Positions 63,402 through 64,000 of a DNA stretch of 64,000 nucleotides are shown one piece after another. Made by a program: the position numbers and the translations under genes. Source of the stretch: Scyliorhinus canicula (Eukaryota); NCBI RefSeq assembly GCF_902713615.1, contig NC_052172.1, forward strand, positions 6,801,337 through 6,865,336. Reading direction: 5' to 3'. The notes under the pieces are model-generated. The model saw only the letters and a program-made list of their open reading frames with translations. It did not search any database and was not told the origin of the DNA. Positions within the stretch are counted from its first letter, which is position 1, and every line of letters begins with the position of its first letter.

Positions 63402-64000
63402 TGGGCCGGGATTCTCCCCTACCCGGGACGGAGTGGAGTGAACCACTTCGGTGTCGGGCCTCCCCAAGGGTGCGGAATTCTCTGCACCTTTAGGGGCTAG
63501 GCCCATGCCGGAGTGGTTCCCGCTCCGCCGGCCGGCGTGAACGGCCTTTGAAGCCCCGCCAGCCGGAGTCCACGCTTGCGCCTGAGCGTCAGTGGCTGCT
63601 GACGTCATACCGGTGCATGCGCAGGGGAAGGGGTCTCTTCCGCCCCCGCCATGGTGAAGGCAATGGCGGGTGCGTAAGAAAAAGTGTGCCCCCATGGCAC
63701 AGGCCCGCCCACCGATCGGTGGGTCCCGATAGCGGGCCAGGCCACCGTGGGGGCACCTCCTGGGGTCAGATCGCCCCGCGCCTCCCCCCCCCCCAGGACC
63801 ACGGAGCCCACCCGCACCGCCAATCCCGCCGGTACCAGAGGTGGTTTAAACCACGCCGGCAGGAAAGGCCTGTCAGCGGCGGGAGTTCAGCCCATCGTGG
63901 GCCGGAGAATTGTCGCGAGGGGCACGCCGACCGTTGCGCCGCGATTCCCGTCCCTGCCGAATCTCGGGGGGCGGAGAATTCGGGACACGGCGGGGACGGG
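63402..64000. mobile_element. Harbinger-type GC-rich non-autonomous element, runs off window
   Basis: Starts tgggccgggattctcc, same terminus as the MITE at 55515. Confidence 0.6.

Overview
Cartilaginous-fish (shark, catshark-like; inferred from the SINE/LINE complement) genomic DNA. Left half (6.6-32 kb): a minus-strand tandem cluster of T-cell receptor beta-type V segments. I can read 9: V4 and V6 are fully canonical; V1 has a 21-bp RSS spacer; V3 has Cys23->Tyr; V8 has an ATA start and weak nonamer; four are pseudogenes or relics. All intact ones end in C(A/G)W(S/G)L, resemble mammalian TRBV30, and carry an identical-spaced conserved 20-bp module 17 nt beyond the RSS nonamer. No D, J or C segment was found; they should lie left of the window. 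Right half (44-63.4 kb): the last four exons (CCP1b, CCP2a, CCP2b, single-exon AGY-type serine protease) of a complement C1s-like gene on the same strand, ending about 12 kb from the first V. The rest is transposon-derived: a near full-length CR1 LINE and many fragments, HE1/V-SINE-type SINEs, a two-LTR Gmr1-type Gypsy element (integrase before RT), a solo LTR, a 7.2-kb Harbinger element, MITEs, and a ~1.7-kb 35-bp minisatellite amplified from a SINE head in which most units carry the RSS heptamer. All family assignments are from reading the sequence and recalled protein/TE knowledge; no searches were run.
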